46,464 nt of DNA from an uncultured Dehalococcoidales bacterium (GCA_964345725.1 CAYFSE010000225.1:1-46464); one strand, 5' to 3'; shown: positions 35,086-44,034, counted from the first letter of the stretch. Notes: generated by a model not told the origin, from the letters alone. Translations and numbers: made by a program.

Positions 35086-35436
35086 ATGAGAGATTTTGTA
35101 AAGCTGTGCAAGGCTCTCTCTGACGAGACCAGGATTAGAATTCTGAAAGTGCTCCTTCAAAGAGAATGCTGCGTTTGCGAGGTTATGCAAGCATTGGGTA
35201 TCTCGCAGTCTCGCGCCTCGCGCAATCTAGGCATACTTGAGGACGCCGGCTTCATTAGGTCCAGGAGAGACGGGCTTTGGATAGTCTATTGTATTGATGA
35301 GCGAAGGATGGAGAGCTATACAACCTCACTAATCGAGCTGCTCCGCAGCTCTCTTGTCAATGATGAAACCTTGTTGAAAGACAGGGAGCGGTTAAGTCAC
35401 GCTTCCCGAGTTGGGCCGAAAGCGATACCAAGATAG
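35086..35436 (+). CDS. arsR: ArsR/SmtB-family regulator with a CCVCE metal(loid)-binding motif
   Basis: SDETRIRILKVLLQRECCVCEVMQALGISQSRASRNLGILEDAGF. Confidence 0.85.
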   Translation: MRDFVKLCKALSDETRIRILKVLLQRECCVCEVMQALGISQSRASRNLGILEDAGFIRSRRDGLWIVYCIDERRMESYTTSLIELLRSSLVNDETLLKDRERLSHASRVGPKAIPR

Positions 35437-35486
35437 TCTAGGCCAGTTACATACGATTCCGCTTCTTTGCAGATGAAATTTAGGAT

Positions 35487-36551
35487 ATGGAGCTAGTCAT
35501 CGAGCTTCTTAAAGGTGGTCTGGCTACTCTCCAAGACTATCTCGGTGCTCACTTGCCCTTCGTAGTGCCAGCTTTCTTCCTTGCCGGGGCACTTTACGCG
35601 CTCTTCCCCAAGGACAAAATCCTTCGCTACCTTGGGCCGGGGTCAGCAAAATATATTTCATATCCTATGTCGATTGCGGCTGGACTGTGCCTGGCTGTTT
35701 GCTCCTGCACTATTTTGCCGCTGTTTGCCGGGATACGTAAGAGCGGGGCTGGTCTCGGACCAGCCATCGTCTTTCTCTATACTGCCCCAGCCACCAATAT
35801 TCTGGCTATCATCTATACTTCAGGGCTGATCGGCGTAGACGTCGCACTGGCCCGAATCGTACTTTCTATCGTATTTGCCATTATCATCGGCGCCAGCATG
35901 GCTGCTCTATTCCCTGACAAACTATCCGGGGGTGCTGCCAACGTAGGAGCAAGCCAAGCTTTTCCACTAGCCGAGAATAGCCCTAGCTCCAAGTGGCTCT
36001 GGGCATTCTTCGGACTTCTGCTCGCCATCCTATTGTGGGGAGCTTCACCGGCGATACAGGTTCTCAAAGTGAAATTGATCGGGCTTGCTCCTCTCTTGGT
36101 GGCTCTTATAGTCGTAGCCTGGCGTGGATTAGCTCGGGACAACGTGTTGAGCTGGATACGGGAGACATGGTTCTTTGTCCGTACCATCCTACCGCTGTTG
36201 CTGGTGGGTATCTTTGTGGCTGGTATGCTCAGGGTGGTCATCCCGGCTGAGTTTGTCAGCCGGTACTTCGGAACTACAACGTTAGGGGCCACGCTGGCGG
36301 CAGTCTTGTTTGGCGTTGTTGCATACTTCCCAACGCTGGTGGAGGTGCCCATGGCGCGTTTGTTTCTGGATGTTGGCGTGGGGAGGGGACCTCTTCTGGC
36401 TTACTTGCTCGCTGACCCCGTGGTCTCAATACCCAGCCTTCTTGTCGTTCGGCAGATGATTGGAAACAAGAGGCTGCTCTGGTATGTAGCTATAATAATA
36501 GTCTGTTGTACTGCGGCGGGACTGATATATGGTTTTATCACCAGCCTATAG
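35487..36551 (+). CDS. Permease of the ArsP / UPF0718 (PF03773-like) family
   Basis: Polytopic protein of 354 aa with an AVCSCTILP vicinal-Cys motif. It is followed by a redox-active disulfide protein gene, which is a common pairing. Confidence 0.8.
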   Translation: MELVIELLKGGLATLQDYLGAHLPFVVPAFFLAGALYALFPKDKILRYLGPGSAKYISYPMSIAAGLCLAVCSCTILPLFAGIRKSGAGLGPAIVFLYTAPATNILAIIYTSGLIGVDVALARIVLSIVFAIIIGASMAALFPDKLSGGAANVGASQAFPLAENSPSSKWLWAFFGLLLAILLWGASPAIQVLKVKLIGLAPLLVALIVVAWRGLARDNVLSWIRETWFFVRTILPLLLVGIFVAGMLRVVIPAEFVSRYFGTTTLGATLAAVLFGVVAYFPTLVEVPMARLFLDVGVGRGPLLAYLLADPVVSIPSLLVVRQMIGNKRLLWYVAIIIVCCTAAGLIYGFITSL

Positions 36552-36613
36552 GGCCTGGACAGCTAGAGAAAAGCAGGTTAGTTTTTGAGAAATTGAGAAA
36601 GGAGGTAATGAGG

Positions 36614-36880
36614 ATGAACATCAAGATTCTAGGATCCGGATGCGCTAGATGTCATCAATTGGAGAAGACCACCAAGGAGGTGGTGAAAGAGCTGGGCATT
36701 AATGCCACGATAGAAGAGGTCAGGGATATCAACAAAATAGTGGACTACGCCGTGCTGACCACTCCCGGACTGGTAATCAACGAAGAACTGGTCTGTGCCG
36801 GTCGAGTGCCGGCCAAGGCAGAGGTTGCTCGGCTTATTACCAACGCCTTGACCAAAGAAGGCAAAACCAGTAAGAGGTAG
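36614..36880 (+). CDS. Small thioredoxin-fold protein (redox-active disulfide protein 2 type)
   Basis: MNIKILGSGCARCHQLEKTTKE...LTTPGLVINEELV contains a CxxC motif. An AAGGAGG SD lies upstream. Confidence 0.85.
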   Translation: MNIKILGSGCARCHQLEKTTKEVVKELGINATIEEVRDINKIVDYAVLTTPGLVINEELVCAGRVPAKAEVARLITNALTKEGKTSKR

Positions 36881-36912
36881 AAGATTAATCTCGGTACAGG
36901 AGCCGCGCACAT

Positions 36913-37215
36913 ATGTTTGGAGGGGAAATGGAGAGCCAAAAAACTTGTTGTGCCGCTGCCGCGGCAAGGATGACAAAGGAATTAGCCTTGCCTAGTGGTG
37001 AAGTCGGCATCGTGAACCTGGAAAGCATTCTCAAGGCAGTCGCCGACCTGAAGCTGGCTGATGACAATGCCATCAGAAAAGAATTGTTGAACAGGATCAA
37101 GATCTTTGACTACGTGGCTCCTTGCTCGGATAATGAATATTCAGAGGCGTCGCTTGAAGAGTACAGGCGACAGCATCGCATAGTTCAAAGAGAAGGCAAA
37201 TACGCAAAAAGCTGA
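36913..37215 (+). CDS. Hypothetical 100-aa protein with an N-terminal KTCC motif
   Basis: An ORF with plausible SDs before ATG 36913 or 36928. I recognise no family for it. Confidence 0.5.
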   Translation: MFGGEMESQKTCCAAAAARMTKELALPSGEVGIVNLESILKAVADLKLADDNAIRKELLNRIKIFDYVAPCSDNEYSEASLEEYRRQHRIVQREGKYAKS

Positions 37216-37260
37216 TCGAGAAGATTGTACTGGAACAGCGAGCATGAGGAGGCAGCTACA

Positions 37261-37737
37261 GTGAATAAGAAGACCAAGATTCTAATCTCTGTCCTGGCAG
37301 GCGTCGCTCTGTGTGTGGTTATAGGTTATGCAGTATCTAACAAAGCGCCGGCGGCAAATGACGGGCATCCAGATTCGAACAATTTTACGGGCCCGGCTGA
37401 CAGGGTTGATGTTGTCTACTTCCACCGTACACAGCGCTGCTACACATGTCGTTATGCCGAAGATGGTACACGGTACACCCTGGAGACCTACTTTGCGGAT
37501 GAACTGGCTAGCGGCAGGGTGACTTTCCAAGTAATCAATGTGGAGGAGGAGGCAAACGCTGACATCGTTGAGAAATACAATAACGCCTCGTATTTGACTT
37601 TGTGTATTAACACTGTGACAAATGGCACTGAATACATCGAAGAGGTAACAGACATCTGGCTAGTCATAGGTAATGATGAGGCATTCGTCGAGGTAGTCAA
37701 GGGCAAAATCGAGAAAAGCCTCACCGGAGAGACTTAA
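37261..37737 (+). CDS. Membrane-anchored thioredoxin-fold protein with a CxxC motif (RCYTC)
   Basis: GTG start after a GAGGAGG SD. The TM anchor is followed by VDVVYFHRTQRCYTCRYAE. From memory, this family is sometimes labelled ArsF-like. Confidence 0.7.
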   Translation: MNKKTKILISVLAGVALCVVIGYAVSNKAPAANDGHPDSNNFTGPADRVDVVYFHRTQRCYTCRYAEDGTRYTLETYFADELASGRVTFQVINVEEEANADIVEKYNNASYLTLCINTVTNGTEYIEEVTDIWLVIGNDEAFVEVVKGKIEKSLTGET

Positions 37738-38441
37738 TGGATTTGCGTGGCATCCTGGGAGACGTCAATATCCCAGTGCTGTCGGCACTGCTTTTGGGGT
37801 TGATAACTGCCGTCAGTCCTTGTCCTCTGGCTACCAACATTGCTGCGATAGCATATGTTAGCCGCAAAGTGAAAGAGCGCAGATACGCTGTCATAACTGG
37901 AACGCTCTATACGCTGGGGCGCATGTTTTCTTATTCCGTCCTAGGCGTCATAATCATTGTGGCTGGCATTGAGACCCCCGGAGTAGCTTCATTTCTTCAG
38001 GATTTCGGTGAGCAGGCCCTGGGGCCAATTCTGATAGTGGTAGGTGTCATAATGCTGATCGCAGGCAGGATTTCTCTTGGTTTGGGAGCGGCAAAACTAT
38101 CTGCCCTAGGAGCAAAGGTCGCTGACCGGGGAATGATTGGTGGCTTCCTGTTAGGTGCCCTCTTTGCCCTTGCCTTTTGTCCTTATAGCGCTGTCTTATT
38201 CTTCGGACTGTTGATACCTCTGGCTCTCAAATCCGCAGGTGGTGTGACACTGCCTCCGGTGTATGCCATCGGCACCGGGCTACCTGTCTTGGTGTTTGGC
38301 ACGCTTCTATCCGCTGGCGTGGCTAGAGTTTCCAACTGGCTTAACGCGGTCACCCGCGTCGAGAAGATCATTCGTGTGGCAGTCTCCATCATCTTCATAG
38401 GAGTGGGAATATACCTTGTCGTGTTCTGGATACAGAGTTGA
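37737..38441 (+). CDS. CcdA/DsbD-type transmembrane thiol-disulfide transporter (DsbD_2-like)
   Basis: Six predicted TM helices with SPCPLATN and AFCPYSAV half-site cysteines. Its start overlaps the previous stop. Confidence 0.8.
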   Translation: MDLRGILGDVNIPVLSALLLGLITAVSPCPLATNIAAIAYVSRKVKERRYAVITGTLYTLGRMFSYSVLGVIIIVAGIETPGVASFLQDFGEQALGPILIVVGVIMLIAGRISLGLGAAKLSALGAKVADRGMIGGFLLGALFALAFCPYSAVLFFGLLIPLALKSAGGVTLPPVYAIGTGLPVLVFGTLLSAGVARVSNWLNAVTRVEKIIRVAVSIIFIGVGIYLVVFWIQS

Positions 38442-38534
38442 TACTATTCCTTCGGAGAAGCTGAAGGAACGAGCAATTCTCAACATGGGCAGCATGCTGC
38501 ACTCCAGAGCCTTCACAAACAGAGGCAAAACATT

Positions 38535-39377
38535 ATGCTAAAGGTAAAACCACCGGACGGTTATCCACCGGAGAAAGGCCGCTATATGAGGGGTAACGAT
38601 TACTCTCCAGTAGCAGTCTGTGTGATCCTGGACACCTTTGACTTCGCCATACCCGCTGAACTGAATGAGCTGGTAATGGCTGGCGTAGATTCTGGAGCTG
38701 CCCTTTCAGGTATGCTTCAAACAGAGAACATCGGATTGGAGAAGATGATCTGTAATATCGTGGCCAATCCGAATATAAGGTACGTCGTGCTCTGCGGGAG
38801 AGAGTCGGCGGGGCACTTGCCCGGCGAGTCACTGCTGGCGCTCAAAGAAAACGGAGTCAGTGGTACAAAGCAAATCATTGGAACCGGCGCTCCCACCCCA
38901 TATCTCTACAATATCCCTTGGGAGCTAATAGAGAGATTTAGGAACCAGATCGCAGGCATCGTCAATCTGTTGTGCCAACCAGGAGAAAGGGATATCGACA
39001 TGCCCGGCCTCGACCCAAAGGTGATGGAGAAGGCAGTGCGAAGCTGCTACCAGGAAGAGCCAGTGCTATTCATGGGCTATGAGCTTTATGACATGGGGGC
39101 TTATCCTGAGCCAGCCATATACTACAAGATGGCAGCAAAACTAGGTCAGCCACAACAAGATATTCTACAACCGGGCAAATCCAAGCTGACTGCGGGGCTT
39201 GTACTACATAAATTCCTGCCCAAGACAAATTGCCGAAAGTGCGGCAAACGGACTTGCCTTGCCTTTGCTATCGAGCTGGCAAGGGGCGAGTGTCGCCCTG
39301 AAGAATGCCCCATTCTGGATCAACCAGAGTTTGCCGCTGACCGACAGGCTTTGGCCAAGCTTTTGGAGAAAGAATGA
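38535..39377 (+). CDS. MtrA-like (methyltransferase subunit A) corrinoid-binding domain fused to a C-terminal CFeSP/RnfB-type Fe-S domain
   Basis: WP-less variant of the MtrA N-terminus (PPEKGRYMRGNDYSPVAVCVL), plus TENIGLEKMICNIVANPNIRYVVLCGRESAGHLPG and ERFRNQI. The C-terminus is LPKTNCRKCGKRTCLAFAIELARGECRPEECP. Confidence 0.8.
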   Translation: MLKVKPPDGYPPEKGRYMRGNDYSPVAVCVILDTFDFAIPAELNELVMAGVDSGAALSGMLQTENIGLEKMICNIVANPNIRYVVLCGRESAGHLPGESLLALKENGVSGTKQIIGTGAPTPYLYNIPWELIERFRNQIAGIVNLLCQPGERDIDMPGLDPKVMEKAVRSCYQEEPVLFMGYELYDMGAYPEPAIYYKMAAKLGQPQQDILQPGKSKLTAGLVLHKFLPKTNCRKCGKRTCLAFAIELARGECRPEECPILDQPEFAADRQALAKLLEKE

Positions 39378-39389
39378 AAAGGACATAAG

Positions 39390-40442
39390 ATGCCTGAAAA
39401 GGAACGAAAGCTCGGTATCTGGGGAAAGTTCCTGACTGTATGGGTGGCTCTATGCATAGGGGCGGGGATTGGGCTGGGGCGACTGTTCCCGCAACTTTCC
39501 GATATGCTGGCTCAACTCGAGGTGGCGGGCATTTCTATACCGATTGCCGTACTGCTTTTTGCCATGATTTATCCCATCATGGTCCAGATAAGCTGGGAGG
39601 AGATTAGAAAGGCAATCCGGTCACCCAAGCCAATCGGGCTCACTCTGTTTGCCAACTGGGCAGTGAAACCTTTTACAATGGCCCTATTCGCCTGGCTGTT
39701 CTTGAGTCTTGTTTTCGGCAGGTTCCTTGCTGCCGAGCAGATTGAACAGTACCGCGCCGGGACAATACTGCTGGGTGTGGCTCCGTGCACTGCCATGGTG
39801 CTGGTCTGGAGCTATCTGGCCAGAGGCAATATGGGGCATACCCTGGTAATGACCGCAATCAATTCACTCAGCATGGTCGTGCTGTACGCTCCACTGGCTG
39901 TTCTGCTGCTCGGCATTTCCGGTGTAAGGGTGCCCTGGGAAACCATCGCCCTTTCTGTGGCAATTTACATCGTAACACCTCTGATAGCCGGTTATCTTAC
40001 CCGCAGGTGGACGATACGAAAGAAAGGGCTGGAATGGTTTGAAAGCAAGCTGGAGCCTAATCTGGGGAAGGTCTCAATAATCGCTCTGCTCATCACGTTG
40101 ATCGTCCTGTTCACCTATCAGGGACACATCATCGTCGAGTTGCCAGCCATAGTCGGGATGATAACTCTGGCTATCCTGGTGAATATACTGGTAGTATTCG
40201 GCGTCACCTATCTGGCGGCCCGCATCATGAAACTCAGGTACGCTGACGCCGTACCGGCTGCCATCATCGCCGGCAGCAATCATTTTGAAGTCGCCATAGC
40301 CGTCGCCACGACTCTCTTCGGAGTAGCGTCAGGCGCAGCTCTGGCCACAGTGGTGGGCGTGCTGACTGAAGTTCCCATAATGCTGTTCCTGGTCTGGATT
40401 TCCCTTGCGACCAGAAAGACCTTTCCCAAGCATTTGCGGTAG
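39390..40442 (+). CDS. acr3: Arsenite efflux permease, ACR3 family
   Basis: LGIWGKFLTVWVALCIGAGIGLG...AMIYPIMVQI...GVAPCTAMVLVW contains the conserved Cys. Confidence 0.92.
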   Translation: MPEKERKLGIWGKFLTVWVALCIGAGIGLGRLFPQLSDMLAQLEVAGISIPIAVLLFAMIYPIMVQISWEEIRKAIRSPKPIGLTLFANWAVKPFTMALFAWLFLSLVFGRFLAAEQIEQYRAGTILLGVAPCTAMVLVWSYLARGNMGHTLVMTAINSLSMVVLYAPLAVLLLGISGVRVPWETIALSVAIYIVTPLIAGYLTRRWTIRKKGLEWFESKLEPNLGKVSIIALLITLIVLFTYQGHIIVELPAIVGMITLAILVNILVVFGVTYLAARIMKLRYADAVPAAIIAGSNHFEVAIAVATTLFGVASGAALATVVGVLTEVPIMLFLVWISLATRKTFPKHLR

Positions 40443-40470
40443 AATATCCGAATCCGGTGGAGGTAGACAG

Positions 40471-41469
40471 TTGGTAATCCAGTATTTCACAGTATTTAAG
40501 GATTATCTCATCGATGTATTGCCCTACCTGGCAGTAGGGTTTCTACTGAGCGGCCTGATTCACGAATTTGTTCCCTCAAAGTGGGTGGAGAGACGCCTCG
40601 GCGGCGGCGGTGTGAAGCCGATCCTTTACTCCACCATTATCGGGACAATCCTTCCCATTTGCTGCTTTGGTTCCCTCCCGGTGGCGGTGAGCCTGCATCA
40701 GAAGGGAGCGAGGTTAGGACCAGTGCTAGCCTTCCTGGTGGCAACGCCGGCCACCTCCATAAGCGCCCTTCTGGTCACTTACGGTCTGCTGGGATTGAAG
40801 TTCACAGTATTCATATTCTTTGCTGTGATAGCTATGGGTTTGGTCATGGGGCTGGTGGGAAATCTAATCAGGGCGACACCCAGAGCTTCTACCTCTGGAG
40901 CGCAGCAGGCTATTGACCCGGTCTGCGGGATGAGTGTCGAAGTAGGGAAAGCGCCTAGAACGGAATATGGCGGGGAGACTTACCATTTCTGCTGCCCCCA
41001 CTGCCAGCAAGCCTTTGAACACAGTCCGGAAGAATACGTGGGAGGAGGCTCCCGACAGGTCGCTCACCGAGTGAAGCACGTATTCAGATACGCTTTCGTG
41101 GACATGGTCAAGGAGATTGGACCGGAGTTGCTGCTAGGTCTGGCTCTAGCTGCTTTGGTAGCAGCGGTGGCTCCGGTCGGAGAGTTTGTGGGCGCTCATT
41201 TTGGCGGGGGGTTGGGGTATCTTTTCAGCCTCGGTTTTGGCCTAATCATGTACATTTGCTCTACAGCCAGCGTACCTCTGGTCCACGCCTTCGTGTCGCA
41301 GGGCATGAATATCGGCGCCGGAATGGTGCTCCTGCTGGTGGGGCCAATTACCAGTTGGGGCACAATACTGGTCCTGAGAAAGCAATTCGGCGGCAGGATT
41401 CTGGCTGCTTATCTGGCGGTTGTCTGCGTGATGTCCCTGGCACTGGGCTTTTGCTTCTCACTGATATAG
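40471..41469 (+). CDS. ArsP/UPF0718-family permease with a YHS/TRASH metal-binding domain inserted in the central loop
   Basis: I chose the TTG start 7 nt after a GGTGGAGG SD. The two halves are homologous to ORF 35487. The insert is IDPVCGMSVEVGKAPRTEYGGETYHFCCPHCQQAFEHSPEEY (about 40911-41046). Confidence 0.8.
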   Translation: MVIQYFTVFKDYLIDVLPYLAVGFLLSGLIHEFVPSKWVERRLGGGGVKPILYSTIIGTILPICCFGSLPVAVSLHQKGARLGPVLAFLVATPATSISALLVTYGLLGLKFTVFIFFAVIAMGLVMGLVGNLIRATPRASTSGAQQAIDPVCGMSVEVGKAPRTEYGGETYHFCCPHCQQAFEHSPEEYVGGGSRQVAHRVKHVFRYAFVDMVKEIGPELLLGLALAALVAAVAPVGEFVGAHFGGGLGYLFSLGFGLIMYICSTASVPLVHAFVSQGMNIGAGMVLLLVGPITSWGTILVLRKQFGGRILAAYLAVVCVMSLALGFCFSLI

Positions 41470-41518
41470 CAAATCGCTAATAGATAGTGATAGCGTGTAT
41501 AATACGCATCACCCATCA

Positions 41519-41965
41519 ATGGCAAAGATAATTGCCGTCTGCAAGAGTGAAGAGAAGGGTACCCGAAAGAAAGCTGTGGCCCAAGGTATCCTCAAAGAGG
41601 ATTACGGCCTCGTTGGCGATGCGCACGCCGACTGCTGCACCCACCGGCAGGTGAGTCTCCTGGCGATGGAGAGTATCGACAAGGTGAGAAGACAGGAGTA
41701 CGAATTGATGCCCGGTGATTTTGCCGAAAACCTCACAACCCAGGGGGTCGAACTCCTTTTCCTGCCCATAGGCACAAGAATCTCCATCGGAAAAGAGGCC
41801 CTCCTCGAGGTTACCCAGATTGGCAAGCAGTGTCATAGCGGTTGTGCTATCTACCAGGAGATAGGCAAATGCATCATGCCCAAAGAGGGGATATTCGCCA
41901 GGGTGGTTCGCGGCGGACTCATCAGGGCTGGAGATGATATAGGGATAGAAGACGATGGACAATGA
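41519..41965 (+). CDS. MOSC-domain protein
   Basis: MAKIIAVCKSEEKGTRKK...HRQVSLLAMESI...GDFAENLTTQG...QCHSGCAIY. Confidence 0.85.
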   Translation: MAKIIAVCKSEEKGTRKKAVAQGILKEDYGLVGDAHADCCTHRQVSLLAMESIDKVRRQEYELMPGDFAENLTTQGVELLFLPIGTRISIGKEALLEVTQIGKQCHSGCAIYQEIGKCIMPKEGIFARVVRGGLIRAGDDIGIEDDGQ

Positions 41966-42749
41966 GACAGAGAGAGTTTCCATATTGAAGTTTACCGAAA
42001 CAGGGAGCAGCAGCATTGAGGATATGGTGGCCAAGGAGTCTCCCCTCACTATCATCTTGAATAACCGGGAGCTGGTGACCTTGCTCTGTTCCCCTGAGAA
42101 TCTGAAGTATTTGGCGGTCGGGTTTCTTTTCTCCGAGGGTTTGCTCAAGACTAGGGATGAGATTAAGAAGATAATGGTTGACGACCGGAGGGGTGTGGTG
42201 CGGGTGGAAAGTGAAGGGGATGAAGAGCTTGCCAGTGATGCTGTATTTAAGAGGTTCATCACTTCAGGATGTGGCAGGGGAGCTTCTTTCTACAGCGCCA
42301 TTGATGCTCAAGATCAAGCGAAGGTTGAATCTCGGCTTAGAATATCAACGCTTGAGTTATTGGCCCTGGTACACGAGTTTCAACATCGCTCTCAGATTTA
42401 TCGATCGACCGGCGGTGTGCACAGTGCTGCCCTTTGTGATCTGAAGGATGTCTTGGTATTTGGTGAGGATATAGGAAGGCATAATGCAGTGGACAAGATT
42501 TTTGGCGCATGCATCTTAAATGACATAGCCACGGACGACGACATATTGATCACCAGCGGAAGGGTCTCCTCAGAGATACTGCTCAAGATAGCCCGAAGAA
42601 ATGTCCCCATCGTTGTCTCCAAGTCTGCCCCCACTAACCTGGGGGTGAAACTAGCTAACGATTTAGGCGTGACCCTGGTGGGCTTCGTCAGGGGCAAGAG
42701 GATGAATGTGTACACTCATGCCGGGAGGATAACTACGAATGGAAAATAA
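41955..42749 (+). CDS. fdhD: FdhD-type sulfurtransferase (formate dehydrogenase accessory protein family)
   Basis: LAVGFLFSEGLL, TGGVHSAAL, EDIGRHNAVDK and SGRVSSEILLK motifs. Confidence 0.88.
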   Translation: MDNETERVSILKFTETGSSSIEDMVAKESPLTIILNNRELVTLLCSPENLKYLAVGFLFSEGLLKTRDEIKKIMVDDRRGVVRVESEGDEELASDAVFKRFITSGCGRGASFYSAIDAQDQAKVESRLRISTLELLALVHEFQHRSQIYRSTGGVHSAALCDLKDVLVFGEDIGRHNAVDKIFGACILNDIATDDDILITSGRVSSEILLKIARRNVPIVVSKSAPTNLGVKLANDLGVTLVGFVRGKRMNVYTHAGRITTNGK

Positions 42750-43662
42750 GGATGCGGGACTGGTAGAGAAGATCTCGGCCCTTAAGAAGAAGAGGAATGC
42801 TGTTATTCTTGTCCACAACTATCAACTGGCCGAGGTTCAGGATATAGCCGACTTTGTCGGTGATTCCTTAGAGCTAAGCCAGAACGCTGCCAAAACCGGT
42901 GCCGATGTAATCGTGTTCTGCGGCGTCCACTTCATGGCGGAAACAGCCTCCATCATCTGCCCTGACAAAGTGGTCTTGCTGCCCGATATGAACGCCGGCT
43001 GCCCGATGGCGAATATGATTACTGCTGAACGCCTGCGGGCGAAGAGAAAGGAGCATCCTCAAGCAGTGGTAGTCTGCTACATCAACTCTTCAGCCGAAGT
43101 CAAAGCAGAATCGGATATCTGCTGTACCTCTGCCAATGCCGTCGAGGTCATAGAAAGCCTGGATGCCCGGGAGATACTATTTATCCCTGACCAGTATCTC
43201 GGACATTATGTCTCAATGGAGACGGGGAAAAAGATGATTCTCTGGCCCGGCTTCTGCCCCACCCACGTCAGGATAAAGCCTGAAAGGATACAGGAATTGA
43301 GACAGCAGTATCCTCAAGCTAAGGTGGTAGTCCATCCGGAATGCACGCCGGAGGTCATCGCCCTGGCTGACGAAGTAGCCAGCACCAGCGGGATGTGCAG
43401 ATACGCCCGGCGAGATGAAGTCAGAGAGATGGTGGTGGGCACAGAGATGGGGCTAATACACCGGCTTAGAAAAGAGAACCCCGGCAAGAGATTTATCCCC
43501 GTTTCCGAGCAGGCAATCTGTCCCAACATGAAGCTGACAACCCTGGAGAAGGTCTTGTGGGCGTTGGAAGAGATGAGTCCTGAGGTGAAGGTTCCCACCG
43601 AAGTTCGGCTCAAGGCGATAGTTGCCGTGGAGAAGATGCTCAGTGTACGAGGGAAACGATGA
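42739..43662 (+). CDS. nadA: Quinolinate synthase
   Basis: ILVHNYQ, CGVHFMAETA, GCPMA and HPECT motifs. Confidence 0.92.
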   Translation: MENKDAGLVEKISALKKKRNAVILVHNYQLAEVQDIADFVGDSLELSQNAAKTGADVIVFCGVHFMAETASIICPDKVVLLPDMNAGCPMANMITAERLRAKRKEHPQAVVVCYINSSAEVKAESDICCTSANAVEVIESLDAREILFIPDQYLGHYVSMETGKKMILWPGFCPTHVRIKPERIQELRQQYPQAKVVVHPECTPEVIALADEVASTSGMCRYARRDEVREMVVGTEMGLIHRLRKENPGKRFIPVSEQAICPNMKLTTLEKVLWALEEMSPEVKVPTEVRLKAIVAVEKMLSVRGKR

Positions 43663-43982
43663 AAGGGACAGACAGGATAATTGTCCTTATCACCGCCGGC
43701 AGCGAGGAAGAAGCCGGCAAGATTGCCAGGTTGCTGGTCAAGGAGAAGAAGGCGGCCTGTGTTAATATCGTGCCGCGGGTGGACTCGCTTTTCCGCTGGA
43801 AGGGCAGGATAGACTCGGCCCGCGAGAGCCTCTTGCTGGTCAAAACCAGAGCATGGCTGCTTTCTGAGATCGTCAGCCTGGTCAAAGAGATTCACAGTTA
43901 CGAAGTGCCGGAAATCATCGCCCTGCCCATCATCGGCGGCAGTGAAGAATACCTAAAGTGGCTGGACAGTGCCTGCCGCTAG
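43659..43982 (+). CDS. cutA: CutA divalent-cation tolerance protein
   Basis: 107 aa, AACVNIVP...SLFRWKG...YEVPEII. An ATGA overlap joins it to nadA. Confidence 0.85.
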   Translation: MKGTDRIIVLITAGSEEEAGKIARLLVKEKKAACVNIVPRVDSLFRWKGRIDSARESLLLVKTRAWLLSEIVSLVKEIHSYEVPEIIALPIIGGSEEYLKWLDSACR

Positions 43983-44034
43983 GGTATGCCGGTCACAACG
44001 GCTCCAAAGCCACAACAGCTCCCTCTCCGGGTTT

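Noticed and set aside
38447-38500. A hairpin TTCCTTC-N9-GAAGGAA and the 12-bp palindrome GCAGCATGCTGC after the CcdA-like gene, considered as a terminator.
   Set aside because: No U-tract follows either structure and the next gene starts 35 nt later. They may be an RNA processing or stability element, but not a convincing intrinsic terminator.
41516-42262. A 248-aa ORF on the minus strand.
   Set aside because: It is antisense to the MOSC and fdhD genes. Its composition is Ser/Leu-rich and low in complexity, with no SD or family signal.
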